A stretch of 17,475 bases of DNA, the filler included, from Candidatus Zapsychrus exili (GTDB lineage: Bacteria; Omnitrophota; Gorgyraeia; Zapsychrales; Zapsychraceae): NCBI GenBank assembly GCA_030765585.1. It is 2 parts of 2 records of this genome, joined end to end, with 100 filler letters (N's around TTAATTAATTAA, not from the genome) between each part and the next. Parts side by side here need not be neighbours in the genome. Positions count along the whole stretch, not along the records: positions 12,593 to 17,475 come from JAVCCJ010000012.1; 1 more part is not named here. One strand, 5' to 3'. Position numbers and translations under genes: made by a program. Positions 17,410-17,475 of the stretch are shown in pieces; the stretch's first letter is position 1; each line of letters starts with the position of its first letter. The notes under the pieces were generated by a model that saw only the letters and a list, made by a program, of their open reading frames with translations, did not search any database and had not been told where the DNA came from.

Positions 17410-17475
17410 ATGAGTAGAAAATTTAAAATATTATCAATCGATGGTGGTGGAATTAGAGGCTTGATTCCTGCAATG
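17410..17475 (+). CDS. Patatin-like phospholipase, 5' end only (cassette 6)
   Basis: Manual translation MSRKFKILSIDGGGIRGLIPAM contains the patatin glycine-rich LSIDGGGIRG motif; not in the ORF track. Confidence 0.88.
   Translation, partial: MSRKFKILSIDGGGIRGLIPAM

Overview
The window has two unrelated-looking halves joined by an artificial 100-bp spacer (44 N + TTAATTAATTAA + 44 N, 12493-12592), so their adjacency is not established. Left (1-12492, minus strand): a contiguous str/S10/spc ribosomal superoperon from fusA (5' truncated) through tuf, rpsJ, rplC-D-W-B, rpsS, rplV, rpsC, rplP, rpmC, rpsQ, rplN-X-E, rpsZ, rpsH, rplF, rplR, rpsE and rplO to the start of secY, from an AT-rich bacterium. 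rpmD is absent from its usual slot and S5 carries a long acidic repeat extension. rplE has an in-frame TAA and fusA a 1-bp frameshift, both probably sequence errors. Right (12593-17475, plus strand): the tail of a GxQIGxxN repeat protein, a small winged-helix-like gene, a candidate promoter, then a co-oriented run of unrelated accessory genes (HEPN-like/DUF5677-like proteins, small membrane proteins, the start of a patatin phospholipase). These genes are separated by five direct copies of a 24-bp motif, AAyTAAwCrTTAATTATrrTAAGk, whose right 11 bp resemble a XerD arm and whose left TAA is the stop codon of the upstream gene in three cases. This looks like an integron-like gene-cassette array delimited by short dif-like sites instead of attC sites, and is the main candidate for an undescribed system. 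No recombinase gene is visible in the window.
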